Below are positions 49,629-62,483 of a stretch of DNA of 64,000 bases, in pieces. A program made the position numbers and the translations under genes. The stretch lies in NCBI RefSeq assembly GCF_006345805.1, contig NC_043011.1, positions 50,604,464 to 50,668,463 on the forward strand, given 5' to 3'. The notes under the pieces were generated by a model. That model had not been told where the DNA came from. It made no database searches and saw only the letters and a program-made list of their open reading frames with translations. Origin of the DNA: Octopus sinensis (taxonomy: Eukaryota). Positions within the stretch are counted from its first letter, which is position 1. Each line of letters starts with the position of its first letter.

Positions 49629-51559
49629 GCATCTTTTCGGTTTGACCGGCAGTTTTCTAAAATAATTTCCACGTAACTAAACAGTTTTAAACTTCGTATA
49701 CTGGTAGAATGTGTTTATAAAACATCTTTGGCGAAGTTTCGCATGTCGTAGCACAGATTTCCGTCGATTTCCGTAAAAAACTTTTATTTTTTTACATAAG
49801 TAATGAGAGCGAAAGAGACTAAGAGGAAGCGATTTTACGACGAGAAGGTTTCTCTTTGAAGTCGGCCTGTGTGTGTTTGATGGGGTGTGGGAGACAGACA
49901 GTATGTTGTGTAAGTGAAGTGCTTCTGTTAGTGTGTGCGAAGAGACAGAGAGAGTAATGTGTGAAAGAGATAGATAACTGATTTTTTACTCGGTGTATGT
50001 GTATATGTATGTATGCATGTATCTATGTATGTGTGTGTGTGTATGTATGTATGTATGGCCGATTCATCGTAATTTTTTACTCGGTGTATGTGTATATGTA
50101 TGTCTGCATGTATGTGTGTGTGTGTATGTATCTATGTATGTGTGTATGTATGTATGGTCGATTCAGTGTAATTTTTTACTCGGTGTATGTGTATATGTAT
50201 GTCTGCATGTATGTGTGTGTGTGTATGTATCTATGTATGTGTGTATGTGTATGTATGTATGTGTGCATGTATGTATGGTCGATTCAGTGTAATTTTTTAC
50301 TCGGTGTATGTGTATATGTATGTCTGCATGTATGTGTGTGTGTGTATGTATCTATGTGTGTGTGTGTAAGTATGTGTGTGTGTATGTATGTATGTGTGTG
50401 TGTGTATGTATCTATGTATGTGTGTATGTGTATGTATGTATGTATGTACTCGGTGTATGTGTATATGTATGTCTGCATGTATGTGTGTGTGTGTATGTAT
50501 CTATGTGTGTGTGTGTGTGTGTAAGTATGTGTGTGTGTATGTATGTATGTATGTGTGTGTGTGTATGTATCTATGTATGTGTGTGTGTGTATGTATGTAT
50601 GTATGTACTCGGTGTATGTGTATATGTATGTCTGTCTCTTCGCAAAAATTTCAGTTATCTCTCTCTTTCACACATTACTCTCTCTGTCTCTTCGCACACA
50701 CTAACAGAAGCACTTCACTTACACAACATACTGTCTGTCTCCCACACCCCATCAAACACACACAGGCCGACTTCAAAGTGAAACCTTCTCGTCGTAAAAT
50801 CGCTTCCTCTTAGTCCCTTTCGCTCTCATTACTTATGTAAAAAAATAAAACTTTTTTACGGAAATCGACGGAAATCTGTGCTACTACAACCGAAACTATG
50901 CCACGCCACATCTTTTTCTCTTGGATTTATTGAGAAAATTCTATTCTATTTGTAAGATATTTGTTGTTTTTTTTCTTTAATTTCTGCAATTTCAACCAAT
51001 CAATGACGTCTATTGAGGTGAATTCAATTTCTGCCGTAGTGTGTCAACAACAATTATTTGCAGTGTCATATGAAAATGTCCCTGTTTTTTATGAGAAAAA
51101 AAGATACCCTGTGGCCATAAACTGAGGGGTCACTCGTAAACAGAGTTGGATAACAAAACTCTTTAGTGTCCACCCATAATTATGACCCTAGTATCGATCT
51201 ATTGCATTTCAATCAGTTTTAGGGTTAGGGGGGGAGTATCTTTTTTTCTTCAGAAATATAAATAAACCCAATCTGTTTCTTAAATGAATATATAATATGT
51301 AAGAGGAACATTTTCATATGACGCTGCCAGAAAATGTTACGGCAGAAATTGAATTCACCGCAATAGACGTCATTGATTGGTTGAAATTGCCAAAATGCAA
51401 GAAATTAAACAACAAATATGTTACAAACTACAGAATTTTCTCAAGAAAGCCAAGAGAAAAAGATGTTTTATGAACACATTCTACCAGTATACGAAGTTTA
51501 AAATTTTTTAGTTACATAGAAATTATTTTAAAAATCTGCCGGTCAAAGTGCAAAGATCC
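49629..51559. mobile_element. GGATC-TIR composite MITE hosting a foldback element
   Basis: Termini atcttttcggtttgaccggcagtttt / aaaatctgccggtcaaagtgcaaagatcc. Confidence 0.75.
49730..50907. mobile_element. Foldback-like element: ~250-bp inverted arms, central satellite, 8-bp TSD
   Basis: GGCG...CGCC termini, acatcttt at 49722-49729 and 50908-50915; centre is ~90-120-bp units made of TG/TATG repeats. Confidence 0.85.
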
Positions 51560-52529
51560 TCCTTCTCGAAGCTGAGTTATTTTCAAAATCACCCTGGGGC
51601 GTTTTTGAAAATAACGGATCTAAGACAAGGAAGCATATTCTTCCAGTGTTGTTACGTGTTTTCGTTCGCCTTTACTCAGAAAGTGCGAATCACATCCAGT
51701 TCGCCTTTGTCTTTCATCCCTTTCAGGAATTACTGGGTTATATGTATTCAACTTCCCACTCACATCAAAGATTGCTGGCCCTGGGTCATAATTTGAAACC
51801 ACCATCATCATTACTATTATGAATGTAACCTTAAATAAAATCTTTGTCATCGTTTTATTATTGCCTAATAAAGACAGCATTAATTAATGTGGTATTCTTT
51901 AACTGTTTCCCTCTCATTTTACTTATTAATTGGAAAAGAAGGACTTGGAAGCTTAAGAACTATTCATATAGTCAGAGATTTAGGGATATCCTTACCGAGA
52001 AATTTGATGACATAGAAGGCAGCTCGGAATTCCTGCGAGACTGCTTGCTGAGTGACACAGACCAAATCTGTGACTGGTGCAAAGTCCTTTCCAGACCTAG
52101 GGGGCGAATTACAACCGTGTTTCATGGTCTGCTACCACAACAGCTCCTTTATAGGATCCAGTTAGCTCAAGACATCATCAGGCGGAACCACGTCCGGTTT
52201 CGGCCCCTACTCCTCTACTGTTTTGACATGGTGGGGCCCTCCCTTTCGGAGGTGTCTTCAGCTCTGGTGTTGGGTGCATGTCTTCTTTCTTTTGTTCCCT
52301 GGCCTCTTCGATGTATCATCAGCAAGTGTCAGCTGGTGACTGACTGACTTGTCAAATTTTTCCCTTTAAATACCTACCGCTAGGCTCCAGCAGGAAGCCC
52401 CAGCAAGTTGTCACGTGACACTGTCTCACCTTAACTGGCTAGTGAAGGCGCGTAGTTTTAGCCCGCGCATTCCCTAAATGATCGTCACCTGTCAGTCAGC
52501 GAAGCTGATTCAGTGTCAACTTGTCTCAC

Positions 52530-53325
52530 CTAATGATGTTATAACATGGTGGTGGAACAATACTGTAGACAGGACCATTAGTGCAAAGAAACAAGCCTGG
52601 AATGCCTGTAAGAGTTGGGGTAGCAGGAGAATGTATCAGATAGCCAAAGGGAAACTAAGAGACAGGGAGTTGTAGAAGAGAAGAGGTTTGCTAATGTTCA
52701 GCAATGTGAGGACCAGAGAAATGAAGTATTTTGGATTTCAAATGTGTGAGAGAAAACCGTGATGTCATAGGAAAGAAATGTGTCCGCATAGATGATGGTG
52801 CCCTTGCGTTTAATGATTCTGCAAAGAAAAAGGCTTGGCAAAGCCATTATGGAAGACTGCTGAATGTGGAGAATGAATGGGAGGAGAGACTGACAAATAT
52901 TGACCAAGTTGAGGGACCAGCTATCCGAATCAACAGTACCCAGGTAGATGAAGTAATTAAGGATATAAAGACAGGGAAAATCACCAGGTCCAACAAGAAT
53001 CACTGCTGAGATGCTTAAAATATTGGGTTGTGTTCGTTATGGTCTTGTCACCCACATCGTAAATCAGGTAGTTCATGAAGGAGTCATACCCAATGACTTG
53101 TGTAGCAGCACCATAGTCAACTGTTACAAGGGGAAAGGTGATACTTTAGACAGAAATAACTACAGGTGTATCAAATTATTGGATCAGGTGTTGAAAGTCA
53201 CAGAGAGGGTTATAGCCCAACAAATTAGGGAGAGAGTTAGCCTAGATGAGATGCAGTTTGGTTTGTGATGGGCAGAAGCACCACTGATGCTGTATTTCTG
53301 GTAAAGCAACTGCAGGAGAAATTTA
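52530..53325 (+). mobile_element. RTE-clade LINE fragment (pre-RT and start of RT)
   Basis: WWWNNTVD..., VIPNDLCSSTIVNCYKGKGDTLDRNNYRCIKLL...QFG across stops and frameshifts. Confidence 0.88.
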
Positions 53326-53399
53326 CATAATATTGGTGTCATTTATTCTTTTGTTGTCATATTATTATTAACAATATATAACAAACAAATTAATGTGCC

Positions 53400-53641
53400 C
53401 TTTTAAAGCGTAGCCAGGCTCATGGGCCCGGTTTCCAGGTTTCAATGGCATATGTGTTTCCCAGCTGGATGGGACGCCAGTCCATCGCAGCGTTACTCAT
53501 TTCTGCCAGCTGAGTAGATTGGAGCAACATGAAATGAAGTGTTTTGCTCAAGAACACAACGCGTCGCCCGGTCCAGGAATCGAAACCACAATCCTACGAT
53601 CATGATGCTGATACCCTAACCACTAAGCCACGCGCATCCAC
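53400..53641 (-). mobile_element. SINE family F (tRNA head, CORE-like and V-like blocks)
   Basis: Minus strand gcgcgtggcttagtggttaggg...gttgctccaatctactcagctgg...gcgatggactggcgtcccatccag. Confidence 0.75.
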
Positions 53642-53750
53642 ATTAATAATATATATATATATATTCTTATTCCCCGTCTGTCTTGATAGACAATGGGTTG
53701 CGCCAAGGGTGGGGCCTACTTTGATGATGTGCAGCGTCTGCTGACTGCAC

Positions 53751-53830
<80 letters not shown>

Positions 53831-54405
53831 ACTATTCACTGAAGGAGGAATTATGCTAAGAACAATTAGTGTAATTTATAGGGTTCTTTCTTCTCGAATT
53901 TGTCATCGTCAGCCTCAATTTCGTCACTGCTGTTAATATTGATTTCATCATGGTCAAACTTCAACATCGTCACTATAAAACAAAAAGCCTGATCTCATGA
54001 TTATACATTGACATCGGTAATTATTTGTAACGTATGTGTAAAGAAAAAAATGCAAACTTTAATAACTCTGTATAATAAAAATGAGTTTTCAAACAGGGGA
54101 GATAAGCACCTCCACCCAGCAAAGACTAGTTTCAGAGCCATAACCCTTCATCAGTCTGGAGTAGCTGGGCTTGCTAGCTGTGAATGCTTTTCCCAATGAA
54201 TTAAGTAACAACATTGTAGACAGAAATTGGTTCCTTACACACACACACAAGAAGCTTGCTTCCAAACTATATGGTTTCATGTTCAGTCCCAGTGCACAGC
54301 ACCTTTGGTAAGTGTCTTCTACTATATACTTGGGCTGACCAAACCCTTCTGAGTACATTTGGTAGAGGGAAATTGAAAGACGCTTGTATATATATATATA
54401 TATAT

Positions 54406-54574
54406 GTCATACGATACAGTGTATATTTAAACACATAGGGAATCCACATGAATTCATGAATTTCTAAATTTATTCCTGTCGAAGTTTATCCCCAATTTTG
54501 TGGTTGTGGAGTTTGGCTGCTCTTTCTAGCGTGTGGAATCCCTATGTGTTTATATATACACTGCATCGTATGAC
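54406..54574. mobile_element. Small MITE with ~43-bp TIRs in a TA tract
   Basis: gtcatacgatacagtgtata...catagggaatccaca mirrored by tgtggaatccctatg...tacactgcatcgtatgac. Confidence 0.75.
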
Positions 54575-55199
54575 TAATATATAGTCTCTTTGACTAAATT
54601 TTTTTACATGTTAGACCACTGGATATGTAAATTTTAATTAAATGTTTTTAATTTTTATTAAATTCCATTTCCCTTTGATATGATTATATATATATATATG
54701 TGGGTGTATGTATGTATGTTGGGTAGGTGGGCTCCAAAAGGGGTCTCAGTGAGTGGTGTCCCTGCCTTCCTAAGCTAGTTTTCAACCACATTTCTTAAAA
54801 ACCATGGCATGGTAGAATCCATGTATTCTGGAATACTCATGTCTAGAAACTGAGGTTGTGGCTAAGCAAGGGCATGCTCCCCATAGAAAATCCAGCTCCA
54901 AAAAAGCCTCATGACAGCAGGTAAAAATGGGCATTAGCAGCCTGAAGGTTGGGGTGGGCTGCACCTGCCTGCCTCAGTTGCTAAAGCATTGAGATAGATC
55001 CGGCAACCCCAGTTAGCGGGGACAAATCCTGGATTTAAAACACTGGATGATAATGATGATGTACATATGTATTTGAGTATGTACATATGTGTGTGTGTGT
55101 GTGTGTGCATTTTTCCACCGGCCATCGCTTAACCATTGGTACGGGTGTGTTTATGTCCCTGTAACTGCGGTTTAGCAAAAGTCACCAATAAAATCAGTA

Positions 55200-56095
55200 C
55201 TGGACGATTTCTGCCACTGACACCCTCGGAGATGGTGCTCCAGCATGGCCTCAGTCAAATGACTGAAATACGTCAAAGAATAAAAGACTAAAAGATTTCA
55301 TATAAATTACAGGAGCCAATAGAAACAAGGCATTTGAATAATACACTGTTAATAGCAGCCCTTTAACAGTGTGTAAGGACATGTAACATCAGCACCAAAT
55401 CCCTAGGTGACAAAAAATCCCACAACAGGGAGGTGGGCAGTTACTATTGAACGGGTGTGCCATTGTGCCAGTTGAGAGATTTAAGGTATAGAGGAGACAG
55501 TGTCTAGATAATGAGTAACAAAACAAACACAAAATGGTCTAACTTTTATTCTGATTTTTTATTCATTATTCTTTTGTAGCAAATTCCTCAAAATCCAAAC
55601 ACAGGCATTTTTAGCAATCAAGTTAACTCAGAGTCAATATTTTGACAGATGATGACAGATTTGAGATTCACACTGACGGTATTCAAATTGATGACATCAA
55701 AATTGATGATGGGAAAAACCCTGCATTACAGCTGACAAAACAGACTTAATTGTTGTAATGTTTTAATAAATTCTGACATTGGTACAGTTACAATTGTTGT
55801 GAATACCCATGTTTATGGATGTATCTTTTTCAAGAGAATGGTTTAGCAAAGATGTCATTCTGACTTGGCTTCTCTCCTGTAGGAATGCATTTATTTACAG
55901 CTAAGTTAGATCTATGAGAGAATGATTTACAACAGATTGGACCATGATGTAGATTTTGTGTGGTATGAAAATGTATAGTTAAAACACTATTTTCAAAAAA
56001 CAAATGACCACAGGTATTGCAATGTTATGGCTTCTCTACTGTATGTGTCCATTTGTGTTTAGTTAAGGCACTTATCTGAGAGAATGATATATTAA
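55200..56095 (-). pseudogene. Remnant of a fourth ZNF gene: 3'UTR block and one finger remnant
   Basis: ~55200-55975 is an inverted copy of ~33115-33900; 56010-56090 reads SFSQISALTKHKWTHTVEKP*HCNTCG on the minus strand. Confidence 0.8.
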
Positions 56096-56215
56096 AGGAA
56101 TATTTAATTTAAGTTTTATTTAAGGGATAGCATTAATTGACAGAATTGTCAACATACAAATCACTACACGGCTACACGGCATTTCTTCCAGCTTTATGTT
56201 CTGAGTTCAAATCCC

Positions 56216-56442
56216 ATACTCTTACTCTTTTACTTGTTTCAGTCATTTGACTGCGGCCATGCTGGAGCACCACCTTTAGTCGAGCAAATCGACCCCGGGA
56301 CTTATTCTTTGTAAGCCCAGTACTTATTCTATCGGTCTCTTTTTTGCCGAACCGCTAAGTGACGGGGACGTAAACACACCAGCATCGGTTGTCAAGCAAT
56401 GCTAGGGGGACAAACACAGGCACACAATACACACACACACAT

Positions 56443-56483
<41 letters not shown>

Positions 56484-56649
56484 TACGACGGGCTTCTTTC
56501 AGTTTCCGTCTACCAAATCCACTCACAAGGCATTGGTCGGCCCGGGGCTATAGCAGAAGACACTTGCCCAAGATGCCACGCAGTGGGACTGAACCCGGAA
56601 CCATGTGGTTGGTTAGCAAGCTACTTACCACACAGCCACTCCTGCGCCT
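56216..56649 (-). mobile_element. SINE family A, full length
   Basis: Close to the 14336-14764 copy. Confidence 0.92.
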
Positions 56650-57028
56650 TTCATTTTTTTTTTTTTTGGGTCCATAAAATAAGCATTTATCAAGTACTGG
56701 GGTTGATGTAATCGACTAGCTCTCTTCCAAAATTTTACCTATTATAAGAAAGAATTATATAGTTATATATATAACACATTTCAATCCTCTTTTAAGAGAC
56801 CAAATTAGAAAAATCGTTCAAAACTGTAACATTTCTTTGATAACTCAGTTACCTTTCCATTGACACGCAACTGAGACATTCATATTTAAGTGGATTACCT
56901 CAAAAGACGGTGGATTGGCAGAATTTTTAAGCTAAATACCACCGAGGTCAATTTCACTTTTCATTCCTTCTGGGATCGATAAAATAAATGTTCAATGACA
57001 AGGTCCCTTGGGAGATATATTGGTCACA

Positions 57029-57450
57029 GGGCAATCTTTCGTCTCAAGTAGACCTTTCCGTCGATTTCCGTTAAAAAAATTTTTTTTTTACATATGGGCT
57101 TGCGGGAACTTTTGAAGTAATGAGAGCGAAAGAGACTAAGAGAAAGCGATTGTATGACGAGGGAAGTTCTTTTGAAGTTACCGTACATGGGAAGCATTGA
57201 TGTACATGTGTGTGTGTGTTTGATGGGGTGTGGGAGACAGACAGTATGTTGTGTAAGTGAAGTGCTTCTGTTAGTGTGTGTGAAGAGACAGAGTAATGTG
57301 TGAAAGAAAGAGATAACTGAAATTTTTTAGTCGGTGTATGTGTATATGTATGTATATTACTTCAAAAGTTCCCGCAAGCCCATATGTAAAAAAAAAAAGA
57401 TTTTTTTACGGAAATCGACGGAAAGGCCTACTAGAGACGAAAGATCGCCC
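57029..57450. mobile_element. MITE with ~90-bp TIRs, related to the 49730 foldback
   Basis: gggcaatctttcgtctc...gggaacttttgaagtaat mirrored at 57356-57450; interior matches one arm of 49730-50907. Confidence 0.82.
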
Positions 57451-58299
57451 AAACATGTATAGAGACTGTTGAAACTGAACATAAAAGAAACAAAAGATGG
57501 GGAGAATTTCGAAAACGGAGCAACAATCTTAAAATACGATAAGTTATAACAAAGTTATCTCCCTTTATTCAGTAATCTCACAGACACACACACACACACA
57601 TATGTATTTTGTTATTGTTGTTCTCTCCTTTCAGTACTAAACAAGTAGACATATGATCAAAAGATACACCACTTGTGATCATCCCGTCTTTTGTTTATGT
57701 ATGTCTTTTTAGATAGAGTTTATCTAGGGCTACATTATCCAATGTATCCTTTTAAACTTTTTTATACAGTAAGATGGCATTTGAAGAAAATTTGGCTGTT
57801 ATTTCCAGCAAGCCAAGTGATCATATATATACTTTTAATAATGAAATTATTTTGTATAGTGCTCAGGTGGACTACAACTCATCAAACGTGCATGTACGGT
57901 ATATAGAATTATATATAAAAACTCAGGAAAGCGAACAGTGTTTGAGTCATGATAGACATGTGTGCAAACGTATGGAGGAGGGGATGGATATCAGGTGTAG
58001 TGTTGGCGAATGTAATGTCTAGGCAACTAACAATTGAGCAGGTAGTTTGTTCCATGCTTCAGCAACTCTGAGTGTGAAAAAACGTTTCTGAAAGTCATGG
58101 GGGCTCCTTAAGAATATGCAAATATGTGAGTGGAAGAGAGATTAAGATGTTCACTTCACAAAGTTCCATGACAAACACTTTGTGCTTGTTTTGGAATTTT
58201 CCTTGAAGACAAAGGTTCTTTTCTAGTGCCTTCCTTTATGTTGTTTTATTTTACACCCATGCCAACCCCCTTGCTTGCGAAGACATGTTGGGGCAAGCG

Positions 58300-58660
58300 A
58301 AATCGAAATCGAATTGAACCAGCCAGGATCCCTGGTCTGGTGGTACGTAAAAAGCACTATCCGACTCGTGGCCGATGCCAGCACCGCCTCGTCTGGCTTC
58401 CGTGCCGGTGGCACATAAAATACACCAATCCGACCGTGGCCGTTGCCAGCCTCGCTTGGCACCTGTGCAGGTGGCACGTAAAAAGCACCCACTACACTCA
58501 CGGAGTGGTTGGCGTTAGGAAGGGCATCCAGCTGTAGAAACACTGCCAGATAAGACGGGAGCCTGGTGCAGCCTTCTGGCTTCCCAGATCCCCGGTTGAA
58601 CCGTCCAACCCATGCTAGCATGGAGAACGGACGTTAAACGATGATGATGATGATGATGAT
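58300..58660 (+). mobile_element. Family C element, longer subtype
   Basis: Near-identical to 30805-31150. Confidence 0.88.
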
Positions 58661-58926
58661 GCATTCTTGTTGACTCTAGCCAATTCTTTCTGGGCCAATA
58701 AAGTAATTACCAGTTGAGCACTAAAATCAATTAAAATTGACTAGCCCTCTCCCACAAAAATTTCAAGCCTTGTGCCTTTGGGAGGAAAGGATTATTATTA
58801 TTTTTTTTTTTTTTTTTAATGTGGTGGCAAGCTGGCAGAATTGTTGGGATGCTATACAAAATGCTAAGCAGCATTTCTTCTGGCTTTAGTGGAAGCATGT
58901 AGCTTATTGGTTTGGGGGGCTGTATC

Positions 58927-60295
58927 CATCATCATCATCATCACTATCATTTAATGACGATGTTCCATGCTGGCATGGGTCTGACAGCTTGACAGGATCT
59001 GGCACGGCCAGGGGCCACACTATGATCCATAGTCTGCTTTTGGCTTGGTTTCTACAGCTGCATGCCCTTCCTAATGCCAACCACTTTACAGAGAATACTG
59101 GGTGCTTTTTACATAGCATCATCACCAGTGCTTTCAATGTGGCACCAGCACCAGTGCTTTTTATGTGGAATCTTGGTCTTAGGATATCAATTCTGTTGTG
59201 GTGGGCAGGTCTTTTTGAGTACAGCAATGCACCACTTATCTTGGTCCTATGCTATCTCTTTTGTAATGCCCAACATTCTGTGATTGGCCTTCAATACTTC
59301 ATCCCATGTCTTCCATAAGTTTCCTTCAAGTTGGGTGATCAGTACTTCTTTGTGGAGCTGTCCTCGTCCACTTGCATCACATGACCAAACCACACTGCAT
59401 CTAATTCCTCTTATGCTTAATTTTTCTCTCAATACACTAGTGCTCTGCTACCCATGTACACTGACATTGCACATCTCTAATTTTCATGTATCCTTTGCAT
59501 TCAGGGCCCATATCTCACTACCATCTAGAATTGCTGTTCATGGACATACACTCTTCTTCTCACTTGGTGAGAGAGACCTTTGGTTGCCAACTGAGGTAAA
59601 AACTCTCTGAATCTTCTCCATTTTATTCTTATTCTAGCAACTACACTTTGGTGCATCCCCCTCCACTGCTAATTAGATCAATTAGGTAGTAGAAATTATC
59701 TACTACTTCCAGAGAGACTCTGTGATATTTGAGGAAATCGGTTTTCCATACATCTTTAGTCTTTATAAGTCCTGTACATTTCCCACATGCAAACACTACT
59801 TTCTCAGTTAACCTTCCTACAATTCCACTGCACCTCTTGCGTGTCACAGCTTGCACTGGATTTTCTGCCTACACCTTTCCTACAAATTGATTAGGGTCAT
59901 TTACCTGGATTGGGTAGAATCCTGTCTGATTTCTAGCTTACTAGGACCCCCATCTTTGTTTAGTTATGTTTAAGACCCTTTGATTCCTGGTTTTGTTTCC
60001 ACACTTGGAATTTCTTTTTTAGCTCTGTTACAGATTCTGCTATGAATGCAAGATCATCAGTATATAGCAGTTAACATGGGTTTCCAGTCTTAAATTCCTC
60101 TGTTATGGCCTGGAGGACAATGATGAATAGGAGGGGGCTGAGGACTGAGCCTTGGTGAACATCTATCTTTACACTAAATTTGTCACTGTACTCATGGCTA
60201 ACTCTTACCTAACTAACAACACCCTTGTATACGACCTCTACTGCTTTCACAAACCATTCATCTACCCCAGGCTTCTTCAGAGACCACCATTTCAC
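58927..60295 (-). mobile_element. RTE-clade LINE 3' half (RT domain to 3' tail)
   Basis: Minus strand: VHQGSVLSPLLFIIVL, LYTDDL, LEVVDNFYYL..LISSGGGC, REKLSIRGIRC; continues into the family C 3'UTR with a (GAT)n tail. Confidence 0.85.
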
Positions 60296-60909
60296 AGGGT
60301 GAGGCATTAAAGCACCTCCCCTATTGGGAGTTTTAATTTGTTCAATTTTTATTGTAATTACATTGTCTACATGCAAAACCCCATTGTATGGTTCTGTTTT
60401 TTATGTTGTTGTATGTCATTTAATGTTTTTGTATGTGAGCCCTTGTGGCTAATAAAAGAATAAATTATTATCATTATTATTAGTAGTAGTATTATTAAGA
60501 AGGTGACAAGCTGGCAGAATCGTTAGCACACCAGGCAAAATCCTTAGTGGCATTTTGTCTGTTGTTACATTCTTAGTTCAAATTCTGCCCAGGTTGTTTT
60601 TGCCTTTCATCCTTTCAGGGTTGATAAATTAAGTACCAGTGAAGCCCTGGAACTGATGTAACCGGCTAGTCCTCGCCCCCAAATTTCAAGCCTTGTTTCT
60701 TCAGTAAAAAGGATTATTATTATTAAGGCAGTGAGCTGGCAGAATCACTGGGTGAAATTCATGGCAGCATTTCGTCCATCCTTATGTTCAAAGTTTAAAT
60801 ACCACCAAGGTCGACTTTGCCTTTCATCCTTTCAGGGTCGATAGAATAAGCACCAGTTGAACACTGGGGGGTTGATGTAATCGATTCATCCTCTCCCCCA
60901 AAACTACTG

Positions 60910-61275
60910 CCCTTAGCGAAGGTGGAGGTATTGTTTCATTTGCATTTGTTTGTTTGTGTGTTTGTCCATGGACAAGATATCTCAAGAACCACTGGATGGA
61001 TTCGGATGAAGCTTTCAGGGATGTTTGGCCTCATGACTGGCATGAACTGATTAGGTTTTGGGACCGATCTGGTACTGGACAAGGATTCTGGATTATTTTA
61101 CCTGATTTTTTACTTAATGTTTGAGAGCAGTCAGGTTCATTTTCAGTATTCTTGTTTGTAAGAGCAGTCAAGTTTATTTCAGATATTCTTATTTTAAGAA
61201 TCGTCTGTGGCTAATCATTGAGAGGATGCTGGTGTTGCCTTGGTGGAGGTTTGCGCTCTCTGAGTGCACTTGTTA
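60910..61275 (+). mobile_element. Helentron/HINE-like non-autonomous element
   Basis: gaaggtggaggtattgtttc...(TTTG)n...ccttggtggaggtttgcgctctctgagtgc. Confidence 0.55.
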
Positions 61276-61389
61276 TTATTATTATTATTATCACTATCAT
61301 TATTAAGGTAGTGAGCTGGCAGAATCACTGGCATACTAGGTGAAATACTTAGTGGCATCTGTCTTTACATTCTGAATGCAAATTCCCCC

Positions 61390-62035
61390 ATCACAAAACA
61401 CCATCACTCAATACCTCATAAACTTGACCTTGTGAACAAATATTGTCAAGAAGTTCCTCACAAACTGACCAAGCTTAATGACATGTGAACATTTGCAAAC
61501 AACTGCTGGCAAATCCTTGAGGTGTTGAATTTTAAATGGGAACGAAAAATGGATCTGTTTTCATAATCCTAATAAGAAAACTCAGTTGCTTCAGAACCCT
61601 TTCTTAAACAATTTAAACACAAGGCTATGGTGTGTGTCTTTTGTAATTTTGAGGGAATGTTGCATTTTGAGCTTGTCCCAAATGATCATGCAGTAAGCGC
61701 TAACCTTTATGCTCAACCACTACAGCAAGTATGTGATGCTTTGAAAGACCGTTGGTCAATTGAAGATGGGCACTCCTATAGCATGGCAGTGCCCCAGCAC
61801 ACACTACCAATGTGACCAAGCACAAACTTGAAGAAGTTGAGGGGCTGGAAGGGCTGCCTCACCCTGCCTACAGACCACACCTTGTATAAGCAGATTACCA
61901 CCTTTTCCAAGCCATAGCTCATTTCCTGTATGGATGGAGATTCATCAATGTGAATGAGGTTGAAAACAGGTGCAGGGAGTTTTTTTTTTTTATCTAAATC
62001 AGCCAAATGTTGAATTCAAATGTTGGAAAATTTAA
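61390..62035 (+). mobile_element. Degenerate mariner transposase fragment
   Basis: NGNEKWICFHNPNKK, KAMVCVFCNFEGMLHFELVP, with multiple frameshifts. Confidence 0.75.
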
Positions 62036-62228
62036 AACTATGCAGAAATGACAATTTGAGTATAGCACACCAATTTGGACAAAATTATCATTTTTATAGG
62101 AATTGAATGGATCATATCTGAAAGCAGCTCCAGGAGTTGTGAAGAACGAATTGTACATAGTCTGTTTCTGAGAACTGGACTGCTATCTAATCATTAAAAC
62201 GATTTTTTAATGATTCAGCATTAAATGC

Positions 62229-62452
62229 TGCAGCATGCATTTGCTGATCTTGGGAATGTCTCACTTCCCTTCTGTTTTGAGACTCCATCTGACGTGCTGC
62301 AAGTATGCCTTTGCTGATCTTGAGAAAGTCTCATCTCACTTCTGTCTTGGGACTCCATTTGACATCCTACAGCATGCATTTGCTGATCTTGCGGAAAGTC
62401 TGTCTTTTATTTCTGTATTGAGACTCCATCTGACATGCTGCAGTATGCCTTT
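62229..62452. repeat. ~70-bp tandem repeat (about 3.3 units)
   Basis: Recurring tttgctgatcttg...gtctc...tgagactccatctgac. Confidence 0.85.
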
Positions 62453-62483
62453 ACTGTTGCTGATGTGTCATGTTGTTCACATT

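Noticed and set aside
51844-52347. 167-aa ORF as a host gene
   Set aside because: Non-ATG start, begins in a repeat module and has no recognisable domain.
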